Of a stretch of DNA of 32,000 bases, positions 7,250-15,971 are shown piece by piece; position 1 is the first letter of the stretch, and each line of letters opens with the position of its first letter. The notes beneath the pieces are model-generated. The model was not told where the DNA came from and ran no database searches. It saw only the letters and a program-made list of their open reading frames with translations. A program made the translations under genes and the position numbers. Source of the DNA: Candidatus Saccharimonadota bacterium (GTDB lineage Bacteria > Patescibacteriota > Saccharimonadia > Saccharimonadales > Saccharimonadaceae); contig JBAQRV010000001.1 of the NCBI GenBank assembly GCA_049296095.1, positions 540,001-572,000 of the forward strand. Direction: 5' to 3'.

Positions 7250-8390
7250 GAACGTTGAGATCCCGGTCTTCGTATTCTTTCACTTTTGCTATAATCTTGT
7301 GGGCATTATCGGCCCATGAGAAAGTGCGAAGATGAGCCGACGCTTTTTTTACGAGATCTGCGCGCCGATGTGTATCAGTCAGAACGGTCGTTATTGCTGA
7401 TGCAAGCTCTTTACTATCACCACTCTTGAAATATGCCGCACCTTCACCCGCCGCCTCCTTTAGTACGGGAATGTCCGTAGTGACTATAGGCGTCTGGCTT
7501 GCAGCGGCTTCGAGGAGCGGCATGCCAAACCCTTCGTAGATTGATGGAAAGACAAAAGCGCTTGCTTGTTGATAGAGGGCTGATTTATCTTGTTCATCGA
7601 TATAACCAGTGTGAATAACCTGTAGTCCCTTGCGCTGCGCTGTTTTAATAGCCTTCACACTGGCTTCACCCTTCCATCCCATACCCCCGGACAACACGAG
7701 ACTGTATTCTTTGCGAAGTTTTGGAGATAATTTTTCGTATGCCTTAATCAGTACTGGAATATTCTTCCGAGGCTCGATTGTACTGATAAAGAAAAGATAT
7801 TTATTGGTTGGAATACCGTATTTCTTGTGGACTTCATTGTCATTCTTTTTATAGAAGGTGTCGTCGGGAAGGACTGGTGTAGTGACGATGCGGTCCGGGC
7901 TAATTTTGAAGTACTCGACAATTTCTGATTTGACCGCCTCAGACACTGTAATAATAAAGTCGCTTGAACGGATCGATCGTTTCACAATTCGATTCAGGTG
8001 AGCAAGATTTTTTTCTTCTACCAATTCGGGGTAATGGAGAAATGTTAAATCATGGATGGTTGTTGCGGTGTACCGAGATTTTACTGTGGGCCAGCGGGCA
8101 TAGTTAGTAAAAATAGTTAGATCAACAGGTTTCAGAAATAAGTCGAAGGGGAGAGTAAAACGATGACTATGAAGCTTTGCATATACACGAAGCGGAAACC
8201 AACGATTTATCTCTTGCGTTGGTCTGTTCTTGAATTTTGGAACTGGTTGCCGAGTGAGAAAATTAAATGAAAAAGTACTCACAGTATTTTGCTTATCTTT
8301 GATTAATGCCTCTGTGAGTCGTTTGGTATAATATCCAACGCCCGTTATATGCTTTGATGCTAAACTATTAATTTCAACCCTTATCTTCAT
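7236..8390 (-). CDS. Glycosyltransferase family 4
   Basis: 384 aa. FPSIYEGFGMPLLEAAASQTPIVTT E-x7-E motif. A 14-nt overlap with the sucC start. Confidence 0.8.
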   Translation of the reverse strand: MKIRVEINSLASKHITGVGYYTKRLTEALIKDKQNTVSTFSFNFLTRQPVPKFKNRPTQEINRWFPLRVYAKLHSHRFTLPFDLFLKPVDLTIFTNYARWPTVKSRYTATTIHDLTFLHYPELVEEKNLAHLNRIVKRSIRSSDFIITVSEAVKSEIVEYFKISPDRIVTTPVLPDDTFYKKNDNEVHKKYGIPTNKYLFFISTIEPRKNIPVLIKAYEKLSPKLRKEYSLVLSGGMGWKGEASVKAIKTAQRKGLQVIHTGYIDEQDKSALYQQASAFVFPSIYEGFGMPLLEAAASQTPIVTTDIPVLKEAAGEGAAYFKSGDSKELASAITTVLTDTHRRADLVKKASAHLRTFSWADNAHKIIAKVKEYEDRDLNVHETS

Positions 8391-9526
8391 ATTGAGTGTT
8401 CCTTATATATCGGCAGTATTTTATTTTTTATAATTTTTTTGTAATCAAAAGCTGAAAGGTACTTTTTACGGGCCGCCTCTCCCAGCTTCTTTTGTAGGGC
8501 CTTGTCCTTGTAGAGCTTTAACATTGCCTCGTATAAATCATCACTGTCCTTAGCTTTGACAAGGAGGCCAGTTTTTTCATCATCAATAATCTCAGGGTTG
8601 CCGCCGACATTGGTGGCAATGATCGCAGAGCCCTCCATGCAGGCTTCCACTAGTGCCAAGCTAAATCCCTCATGGTAAGTAGGTAAGACGAAGATGTGCG
8701 CTTTTGCTACGTAATCAAGTGGGTGACTTTTATAACCAAGAAAATGAATTGCAGGATTTTTTTTGGCTAAAGCTTTAAATCTCTTCTGTTCTGGTCCCTC
8801 GCCGACTAGTTGTAGTTGTGTGTTCGGGTGATCCTTGTGTAGCCTCTGAAAGGCTCGAATGAGCTCGGCTATACCCTTGTCAGTGACAAGTCGAGCAGTG
8901 CTCACGAAGGTGAAAAGCGCTTCCTTTTTTGTTTCTTTATAACTGTCGAATGCACCATTATGTATAATAATCATTTTTTGTTTTACTTTGCCGTCTGGAA
9001 TGAGGTTCACAATAGTGGTGAAGTCACTTCTGCTGACAACGATAATCTTATGTGCAAAGTGGGCCGCAAAATACACTAACTTTCCGACAGGGTTTTTATA
9101 CCAGACGGTATGATTAAGCCAGATATGTTTAAGGTCGGCGTGATCACTCCAAATAACCCTCATTCCGAGTAGGCGAGCGGCAATACTCCCGGCAATGAAA
9201 TCATCCTTGCTTTGAAGATGAACAACCTGGGGTCTGTGTACGAGGAAGATGACAATGTAGTACAGGAGTAAGATTATTTGCCATAAAAAATAAACAGGAA
9301 AGAGGAGCGTTTTGATGCCACTCCAATTTTGTCTGCTCCACCACCAGGATCGAAGAGAGGGTACACCTTGCTCGGTCGCAAAAGTGAGTAGTTTTTGTGA
9401 GCGAGATAGAACAACGACTTCAAAGCCATGCTTTAGGAGCTCGCTTGCGATAAAGACAGGCACACGCTCTCCGCCTCCAAAGTCAGTCGCCGCAGCATTT
9501 CGAATTAAAACGGCTCTTTTTTTCAT
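8387..9526 (-). CDS. Glycosyltransferase family 4 with an inserted hydrophobic segment
   Basis: 379 aa. PTYHEGFSLALVEACMEGSAIIAT motif. A hydrophobic insertion (IKTLLFPVYFLWQIILLLYYIVIFLV) in the N-terminal Rossmann half suggests membrane association. SD AAGGA 5 nt upstream. Confidence 0.8.
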   Translation of the reverse strand: MKKRAVLIRNAAATDFGGGERVPVFIASELLKHGFEVVVLSRSQKLLTFATEQGVPSLRSWWWSRQNWSGIKTLLFPVYFLWQIILLLYYIVIFLVHRPQVVHLQSKDDFIAGSIAARLLGMRVIWSDHADLKHIWLNHTVWYKNPVGKLVYFAAHFAHKIIVVSRSDFTTIVNLIPDGKVKQKMIIIHNGAFDSYKETKKEALFTFVSTARLVTDKGIAELIRAFQRLHKDHPNTQLQLVGEGPEQKRFKALAKKNPAIHFLGYKSHPLDYVAKAHIFVLPTYHEGFSLALVEACMEGSAIIATNVGGNPEIIDDEKTGLLVKAKDSDDLYEAMLKLYKDKALQKKLGEAARKKYLSAFDYKKIIKNKILPIYKEHSI

Positions 9527-9541
9527 ATTTCCTTAAAGTCC

Positions 9542-9551
9542 ATTATATAAT
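9542..9551. promoter_or_regulatory. 10-bp palindrome ATTATATAAT giving back-to-back -10 hexamers for the two divergent glycan operons
   Basis: TATAAT on the plus strand at 9546-9551 and TATAAT on the minus strand at 9547-9542. These lie inside the 38-bp gap between the starts at 9526 (-) and 9565 (+). Confidence 0.35.
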
Positions 9552-9564
9552 AGAGAATAGTTTT

Positions 9565-10380
9565 ATGAGATTTTCTAACACTTTTAGTAGGAAGAATCGA
9601 ATTCTGATTCGCCAATTGGTCATTACTGATTTTAAATTGCGATATCAAGGTTCGGTGCTGGGATACGCTTGGTCGCTACTCAAGCCGCTTTTACTCTTTG
9701 CAGTGATGTATGTTGTCTTTGTTCACTTCTTGCGTTTTGGAGCGGGTATACCTCATTTCGTGTCGTCACTACTACTTGGGATTGTGCTGTGGACATTCTT
9801 TACTGAAACAGTATCGCAGGGTATGCAATCGATTGTTAATCGTGGGGATTTGATTCGCAAGATAAGTTTCCCAAAATATATCATTGTCGTCTCGTCCTCA
9901 CTATCGGCGCTTATTAACCTCGCTATTAACTTATTGGTGGTTTTCTTCGTAATGATGCTCGACGGTGTTGATTTTGGTTGGAGCGCACTGTTCTTCCCGC
10001 TCACAGCACTGGTTATCTATGCATTTTCTCTGGGTGTTGCACTTCTCCTCTCGGCACTCTACGTCAAATATCGTGACCTTGGACCTATTTGGGAAGTGTT
10101 TATGCAAGCGCTTTTTTATGCAACGCCGATATTTTATCCACTGCAGATGGTTTTAGCTACTAATGTTGTGGCTGCTCAGATTCTGATGCTCAGCCCTATT
10201 GCGGTATTATTCCAGAACGCTCGTGCACAACTGGTCGGCACGGAAAGCGCGATGACGGCAGAACAATTATCGTCCAACCCTCTTTATTTAGCGGCACCAT
10301 ATATTATTATCGTTGCCTTCATTGCCTTGGGTATTTGGTATTTCCGCAAGCGATCTTCGCACTTTGCAGAGGAGGTATAA
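9565..10380 (+). CDS. wzm: ABC-2 type polysaccharide/teichoic-acid export permease (Wzm/TagG family)
   Basis: 271 aa with about 6 TM helices and the N-terminal motif FKLRYQGSVLGYAWSLLKPLL typical of ABC-2 glycan exporters. It is followed by the cognate ATPase. Confidence 0.85.
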   Translation: MRFSNTFSRKNRILIRQLVITDFKLRYQGSVLGYAWSLLKPLLLFAVMYVVFVHFLRFGAGIPHFVSSLLLGIVLWTFFTETVSQGMQSIVNRGDLIRKISFPKYIIVVSSSLSALINLAINLLVVFFVMMLDGVDFGWSALFFPLTALVIYAFSLGVALLLSALYVKYRDLGPIWEVFMQALFYATPIFYPLQMVLATNVVAAQILMLSPIAVLFQNARAQLVGTESAMTAEQLSSNPLYLAAPYIIIVAFIALGIWYFRKRSSHFAEEV

Positions 10381-10381
10381 A

Positions 10382-11122
10382 ATGAAAGATGATATCGCTA
10401 TTAAACTCGATCACGTATCAAAGAGTTTTAAATTGCCACACGAGAGTGGCAATAGCCTTAAGAGCATTATTGTTAATTTTTGGCGTCGCAAGAAAGGCTA
10501 TAGCATACAGCACGTTTTGGATAATGTATCCTTCGAGATTAAGAAGGGTGAATTCTTCGGCATCGTTGGTCGCAATGGTTCGGGAAAGTCCACACTTCTT
10601 AAGATTATTTCTGACATCTACAAGCCAGATAGTGGCTCGGTTACTATAAATGGCAAACTAACACCATTTATCGAGCTCGGCGTCGGATTTAACCCCGAAT
10701 TGACAGGGCGAGAGAATACCTACCTTAACGGGGCGCTGCTTGGCTTTAGTAATAAAGAAATGGATGACATGTATAACGAGATAGTCGAGTTTGCCGAACT
10801 CGAAATGTTTATGGATCAGAAGTTGAAAAATTACTCATCAGGCATGCAAGTTCGCTTGGCGTTCTCGGTTGCTATCCGAGCTAGGTCTGACATTTTAGTA
10901 CTCGATGAGGTACTAGCTGTGGGGGATGAGGCATTTCAGAAAAAATGTAATGATTACTTCTTGAACTCAAAGAATGACGGTAAGACAATTGTCCTCGTGA
11001 CTCATGACATGGGTGCAGTGGAAAAGTTTTGCGATAGGGCTGTGCTGATTAGTGGCGGTGCTGTTACTGTCGCGGGTAGTGTCAAAAAAGTTGTCAAAGA
11101 ATACCACAAATTAAATACATAA
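10382..11122 (+). CDS. wzt: Polysaccharide/teichoic-acid export ATP-binding protein (Wzt/TagH family), short form without a C-terminal carbohydrate-binding domain
   Basis: Walker A GRNGSGKST, signature YSSGM, Walker B ILVLDE. Start placed at ATG 10382 (GGAGG 8 nt upstream) rather than the track's 10313, which overlaps wzm. 246 aa. Confidence 0.9.
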   Translation: MKDDIAIKLDHVSKSFKLPHESGNSLKSIIVNFWRRKKGYSIQHVLDNVSFEIKKGEFFGIVGRNGSGKSTLLKIISDIYKPDSGSVTINGKLTPFIELGVGFNPELTGRENTYLNGALLGFSNKEMDDMYNEIVEFAELEMFMDQKLKNYSSGMQVRLAFSVAIRARSDILVLDEVLAVGDEAFQKKCNDYFLNSKNDGKTIVLVTHDMGAVEKFCDRAVLISGGAVTVAGSVKKVVKEYHKLNT

Positions 11123-11194
11123 ACTAAACCCCCATCCTCGTTAATTTGTCACCGATATTCAATACGGCGACTATAACAAGGGCAGGATACTTCA

Positions 11195-11203
11195 TGATAT
11201 GAT
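11195..11203 (+). promoter_or_regulatory. Candidate extended -10 (TGaTATGAT) 6 nt upstream of the hddA ATG
   Basis: TGATATGAT at 11195-11203, ATG at 11210, and no SD. Confidence 0.35.
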
Positions 11204-11209
11204 AGATGT

Positions 11210-12187
11210 ATGTTAATCACCAGAACACCTTTTCGCGTCAGTTTTTGTGGTGGCGGTAGTGATATCGCTTCCTTTTATGAAAAGCACGGAGGCTGCGTTA
11301 TCAGCACCTCGATTGATAAGTATATGTATGTTACGATTCATCCAACTTTCCGTAAAAGCAATATCGTCCTGAAGTATTCGAAAACCGAAGAAGTTACAAA
11401 AATTGATGAGATTGATCACAAGATCTTCAGACAATGTCTGAGTGATTTCGATCTCGAAGGAGTTGAAATAACCTCAGTAGCCGACGTACCGGCTGGTACT
11501 GGTTTGGGTTCGTCATCGACTTTTACAGTCGGGCTTCTTAATACCCTCTATGCCTACACAGATCAGTTCGTTTCTAAAGAGCGCTTGGGTAAAGAGGCCT
11601 CTGAAGTAGAAATTGATAAGCTGAAAGAACCAATTGGCAAGCAGGATCAATACGCGGCAGCTGTCGGTGGTTTGAACTACATCGCATTTAACAGGGACGG
11701 TTCAGTATCTGTTGAGCCGATCATTATGGCCACCTCGTCTTACGCTACAATCGAAAAGAACCTGATGATGTTCTATACAGGCGATGTTCGTAGTGCTTCG
11801 GCTATTTTGAAAGAACAGTCCAGTAACATTTCTTCTGGCGATAAAGAGAAAGCAATGATGAAGATGGTCGACATTACTAAAAAATTAAAAACAGAACTCG
11901 AGAAGAACAATGTCGATTATCTCGGCGAAGCGCTCCATGAAAACTGGCTGCTCAAGAAAACGCTTGCCAGTTCAATCTCTAATCCAAACATCGACAAATG
12001 GTACGAAGCAGCCATTAATAGCGGCGCTTTAGGTGGTAAGTTGCTTGGTGCGGGTGGCGGAGGATTTTTACTCTTCTACGTTCCTGAAAGCAAACAGAAC
12101 GATGTACGAGAGGCTCTCGCTGAGCTTCCGGAGATTGATTTCGGATTTGATCAGCAGGGTTCAACAGTTATTTATGTAGATAGGTAG
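11210..12187 (+). CDS. hddA: GHMP-family sugar kinase, likely D-glycero-alpha-D-manno-heptose 7-phosphate kinase
   Basis: 325 aa. N-terminus TRTPFRVSFCGGGSDI, GHMP motif PAGTGLGSSS, C-terminal GAGGGGFLLF. It is clustered with GmhA and the HddC-GmhB fusion. Confidence 0.75.
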   Translation: MLITRTPFRVSFCGGGSDIASFYEKHGGCVISTSIDKYMYVTIHPTFRKSNIVLKYSKTEEVTKIDEIDHKIFRQCLSDFDLEGVEITSVADVPAGTGLGSSSTFTVGLLNTLYAYTDQFVSKERLGKEASEVEIDKLKEPIGKQDQYAAAVGGLNYIAFNRDGSVSVEPIIMATSSYATIEKNLMMFYTGDVRSASAILKEQSSNISSGDKEKAMMKMVDITKKLKTELEKNNVDYLGEALHENWLLKKTLASSISNPNIDKWYEAAINSGALGGKLLGAGGGGFLLFYVPESKQNDVREALAELPEIDFGFDQQGSTVIYVDR

Positions 12188-12196
12188 GATGGCAAC

Positions 12197-13141
12197 GTGA
12201 ATATATTAGTGACAGGTGGGGCAGGATTTATTGGATCAAAATTATCACAAGACTTGTTGATCGATGCAGCAAACAAGGTGGTGGTGGTTGATAACTTTGT
12301 TCTTGGGCACCGTGAACTTATGGAAGAACTGTCGGTGAATAATCGCTTTAAGTACTATGACCTCGATGCGAGCGATATTGATGGGTTGTCTAAAATAATC
12401 AAAGATCATGAGATAGAATTTGTGTATCATCTGGCAGCTAATTCTGATATTCAAAAAGGTGGCCAACAGCCGGATATTGATTTTCATGATACTTTCCTGA
12501 CAACCTACGCAGTACTTGAGGCGATGAAGCGTCATGATGTGAAGAAGTTATTCTTTGCTTCAACATCGGCTGTCTATGGAGAGATCACCGACAGGCCTCT
12601 CAGAGAAGATATAGGTGGGTTACAACCAATTTCTTACTATGGCGGTGCTAAATACGCGAGTGAATCGTTCATTAGTTCGTTTACTCATATGAACGGTATG
12701 AGTAGTCTCGTGTTTCGTTTCCCGAATGTTATTGGTCCGAACTTAACCCATGGAGCAATCTTTGACTTTATAAAGAAGCTACGAGCTAATCCTAAAGAAT
12801 TAGAGATACTAGGTGACGGCACGCAGAGTAAGCCTTATATCTACGTTGATGACTTAGTCGATGCTATCATTCACTTTTCATCCGAAATACCAGAAGGTAT
12901 GACGGTGTATAACGTCGGCGTAGAGGACGCTATAACTGTTAGTGAAATTGCTACAGCTGTGGTTGAGGGTCTTGGATTAGATGGAGTCAGCTACAAATAT
13001 ACTGGCGGGGATCGTGGCTGGAAGGGTGATGTACCTAAGGTCAGGTATGACCTGAGTAAAATAAAAGCTGCTGGCTATGAGCTAGAGAGTGACTCTCACG
13101 AAGCGGTACGAAAGACTGTTAAAAAGGCCATCGGCAAGTAG
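12197..13141 (+). CDS. NAD-dependent epimerase/dehydratase (extended SDR), candidate nucleotide-heptose modifying enzyme
   Basis: 314 aa. GTG start. TGGAGFIGS Rossmann motif, ASTSAVYG and the catalytic YGGAK (YxxxK). The substrate cannot be deduced from the sequence alone. Confidence 0.8.
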   Translation: MNILVTGGAGFIGSKLSQDLLIDAANKVVVVDNFVLGHRELMEELSVNNRFKYYDLDASDIDGLSKIIKDHEIEFVYHLAANSDIQKGGQQPDIDFHDTFLTTYAVLEAMKRHDVKKLFFASTSAVYGEITDRPLREDIGGLQPISYYGGAKYASESFISSFTHMNGMSSLVFRFPNVIGPNLTHGAIFDFIKKLRANPKELEILGDGTQSKPYIYVDDLVDAIIHFSSEIPEGMTVYNVGVEDAITVSEIATAVVEGLGLDGVSYKYTGGDRGWKGDVPKVRYDLSKIKAAGYELESDSHEAVRKTVKKAIGK

Positions 13142-13142
13142 C

Positions 13143-14435
13143 ATGCAAGCAGTAATAATGGTTGGCGGCAAGGGCACCAGACTCGGTTCTCTTACTGCCG
13201 AAATACCGAAGCCGATGATTCTAGTCGACGGCAAGCCAATACTCGAACATCAGATTGAATGCCTCAAACGCAGTGGCATTGATAAGGTACTGCTTATGAC
13301 TGGCCACTTAGGAAGCAAGATTGTCGATTACTTTGGTAATGGTGAAAATTTCGGCGTTGCTATCGAGTACTTTCACGAAGATGAGCCGTTAGGTTCTGGC
13401 GGGGCTCTCTCTTATATAAGAGATAGAGTTGAAGATGATTTCGTTCTGCTTTACGGCGATGTGTTTCTCGATGTCGATTTCAAGAAAATGTTGGAATTTC
13501 ATCGTCAGAATAAAGCGGAAATAACATTGTTCGCTCATCCGAACTCACATCCTTTCGATAGCGACCTCGTTTTAGAAAAAAACTCTCAGGTAACTGGCTG
13601 GGATCATAAAGATAATGTCCGCGATTATGACTATAAGAATCTTGTGAACGCTGGTATATATATATTCTCCAAGGAAGCTCTAGCAGGCATACAGACAGGA
13701 AAGCAAGATTTGGAAAAAGATATCATCGCTAAGCTTACACAGCACGGACGTGTCTTTGCCTACAAGTCGTCAGAGTATGCCAAAGATATGGGTACGCCGG
13801 AACGGTTAGAGAGTGTCAGTAAAGACTATAAGAACCAGATTCCCCTTTCGCGTAACCTCCAGAATAAGCAGAAGTGCATATTTTTAGATAGGGACGGTAC
13901 GATCAATATTGATTATGGGCATATATCGAGCCCTGATCAGATTGAACTATTGCCACACGCTGCCGAGGCCATTCGGCTTATCAATCAATCAGATTATATT
14001 TGTGTTGTGGTGACAAACCAACCGGTTATCGCTAGGGGGATGTGTAGTTTTGACGACATGGACAAGATTCATAGCAGGTTAGAAACACTCCTAGGTAAAG
14101 AGCACGCCTATGTCGATGATATCTTCTTTTGCCCTCACCATCCGCACAAAGGATTTGAAGGCGAAGTGCCAGAGCTAAAAATTGACTGCGAATGCCGCAA
14201 GCCGAAGTCGGGAATGTTCCTCGATGCTCAGGCTAAATACAACATAGATTTCACCGAATCGTATATAATAGGAGACGGTACACGTGACATGGAGGCTGGT
14301 CAACGACTTGGTATGAAAACCGTGTTGGTGAAAACCGGAGAGGCTGGCCTGGATGGGATACATGATGTCATTCCAGATTTTGAGGCCGAAGATATCTTGG
14401 CGGCCGTTCAACTAATTTTACAAACAGAAGGGTAA
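13143..14435 (+). CDS. Bifunctional fusion: sugar-1-phosphate nucleotidyltransferase (HddC-like) + D,D-heptose 1,7-bisphosphate phosphatase (GmhB, HAD family)
   Basis: N-terminal half has VGGKGTRLGSLTAEIPKPM (NTP-transferase). C-terminal half, from about 13873, has FLDRDGTIN (HAD motif I), the GmhB Zn loop CPHHP...CECRKP, and GDGTRDMEAG. Start at ATG 13143, 1 nt after the preceding stop, rather than the track's 13089. Confidence 0.8.
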   Translation: MQAVIMVGGKGTRLGSLTAEIPKPMILVDGKPILEHQIECLKRSGIDKVLLMTGHLGSKIVDYFGNGENFGVAIEYFHEDEPLGSGGALSYIRDRVEDDFVLLYGDVFLDVDFKKMLEFHRQNKAEITLFAHPNSHPFDSDLVLEKNSQVTGWDHKDNVRDYDYKNLVNAGIYIFSKEALAGIQTGKQDLEKDIIAKLTQHGRVFAYKSSEYAKDMGTPERLESVSKDYKNQIPLSRNLQNKQKCIFLDRDGTINIDYGHISSPDQIELLPHAAEAIRLINQSDYICVVVTNQPVIARGMCSFDDMDKIHSRLETLLGKEHAYVDDIFFCPHHPHKGFEGEVPELKIDCECRKPKSGMFLDAQAKYNIDFTESYIIGDGTRDMEAGQRLGMKTVLVKTGEAGLDGIHDVIPDFEAEDILAAVQLILQTEG

Positions 14436-14437
14436 AT

Positions 14438-15043
14438 ATGGATTTTAAGACAGCAATTACTGAGTACTATGATCGTGAGATTGCAGCTATTAAGCGATTC
14501 AATCTCGACGATATTAATGACGCCATGAATGTCATTCTTGAGACTTACAAAAACGGCGGTATGATATATGTTTGTGGTAATGGCGGTAGTGCCTCAACCG
14601 CTTCTCATATGCAGAATGATTTCAATAAGGGTATTAGCGAATATGTTGATAATAAGTTCAACTTTTATTGTCTCAACGATAATATCGCCACCATTATGGC
14701 GGTTGCAAATGATATTAGCTACGATGAGGTCTTCCGTTTCCCACTTGTTAATAAAATGACTGACAAGGATATTCTCATCGGCATTTCAGGAAGCGGTAAT
14801 TCTAAGAACGTGCTAAACGCGGCGACTTATGCAAAAGAGCAAGGTGCGAAAGTTATTGGTATGACGGGTTATTCTGGCGGAAAGCTTAAAGAGATGGCTG
14901 ACTACCAAATGCACGTTGATGAGATGGATATGCAAATTGCCGAAGACCTTCATTTAACATTCAACCATATGATGATGAAGGTGTTTTATAACTATCTCAC
15001 CAACGGACAAATAACCGGCAATAATGTTAACGATAAACACTAG
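14438..15043 (+). CDS. gmhA: SIS-domain sedoheptulose 7-phosphate isomerase
   Basis: 201 aa. GNGGSASTASHMQNDF and ISGSGNS motifs typical of GmhA. Pathway context. Confidence 0.8.
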   Translation: MDFKTAITEYYDREIAAIKRFNLDDINDAMNVILETYKNGGMIYVCGNGGSASTASHMQNDFNKGISEYVDNKFNFYCLNDNIATIMAVANDISYDEVFRFPLVNKMTDKDILIGISGSGNSKNVLNAATYAKEQGAKVIGMTGYSGGKLKEMADYQMHVDEMDMQIAEDLHLTFNHMMMKVFYNYLTNGQITGNNVNDKH

Positions 15044-15069
15044 TCTTAGACAAGCGGGGGTATATATCT

Positions 15070-15969
15070 ATGGCGCTTGAAAGATATGAAGACAATGACG
15101 ACTTCTCAGAGACTCTGTTTAGCTACCATCGATACCTAACTATAAAAAGACTCTGTAAAGGCAAGGTGGTGGTTGATATGGCTTGTGGTACTGGCTATGG
15201 AGTCGATATCATATCCGATGTTGCCAAAAAAGTAATTGGTCTCGATGTTGATGAAGAATCTATCCGCCAGTGTCAAAAAAAATACTCTAAGCCAAACCTA
15301 TCGTTTGCGGTAGGCGACGCGACAAGTATGGACTTACCAGATAAGAGCGTTGATGTCTTCGTGTCATGTGAGACAATTGAACATCTCAGCGCTACTGATC
15401 AAAAAAAGTTTGTTGCTGAAATTCGGAGAGTACTTCGTGATGATGGCGTCGTTGTTATGACTACTCCGAATAAAACAAGAACTGATAATTTCGAGACAAA
15501 GAACCCGTTTCATATTAAGGAGCTGTATCCAAAAGAGCTACTGCGCCTCATGAAAGATAAGTTTAAGTTTCAGAAATTGTTTTTCATGGATATAAATATG
15601 GTCTCGAGCATTTTCGATTCTGAGACTAATGAGGATGAAGACTCAAGAACTATAAAGATCCTTGATAGCAAGGCAAAGAATGGCAGAGCCCACGAGCCGA
15701 TTTACATGTTAGTTGTCGGCACTAATCAAAAGGCGAAACTTCAGTCACTCACTAGTGTTCTGTACGACTTTAGATACAGATTTGCAGATCACTTGTGGAA
15801 TTCACTCGACAGAAAGAACGCACTCGAGATCGAACTGCAGGATAAAAATACCGAAATCACCCAACTAAAAGACGAAATTAAAATTCTAGAACGCAAATCC
15901 AGACCACTAATAAAGAAAGTACACTCGAGGCTGAAATGGGAAATGAGAAGAATAGGGATCAGGAAGTAA
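15070..15969 (+). CDS. Class I SAM-dependent methyltransferase with a C-terminal heptad/coiled-coil segment and basic tail
   Basis: 299 aa. SAM motif I VVDMACGTGYG. C-terminal region LDRKNALEIELQDKNTEITQLKDEIKILERKS followed by RPLIKKVHSRLKWEMRRIGIRK. Confidence 0.8.
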   Translation: MALERYEDNDDFSETLFSYHRYLTIKRLCKGKVVVDMACGTGYGVDIISDVAKKVIGLDVDEESIRQCQKKYSKPNLSFAVGDATSMDLPDKSVDVFVSCETIEHLSATDQKKFVAEIRRVLRDDGVVVMTTPNKTRTDNFETKNPFHIKELYPKELLRLMKDKFKFQKLFFMDINMVSSIFDSETNEDEDSRTIKILDSKAKNGRAHEPIYMLVVGTNQKAKLQSLTSVLYDFRYRFADHLWNSLDRKNALEIELQDKNTEITQLKDEIKILERKSRPLIKKVHSRLKWEMRRIGIRK

Positions 15970-15971
15970 TT

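Noticed and set aside
8387-9526. The hydrophobic insertion in the GT4 at 8387-9526 as evidence of a gene fusion or frameshift
   Set aside because: The reading frame is continuous and both Rossmann halves are intact. Hydrophobic membrane-association loops in the N-terminal half of GT4 enzymes are known, so no anomaly is required.
10313-10381. Long 5' extensions of track ORFs: 10313 for wzt, 13089 for HddC-GmhB, 15936 for GT8-GT2 and 24563 for GT4
   Set aside because: Each extension overlaps the 3' end of the upstream gene. Each is followed by an internal ATG placed 1-2 nt after the upstream stop (10382, 13143, 15972, 24593) that yields the canonical family N-terminus. At 10382 there is also a GGAGG SD.
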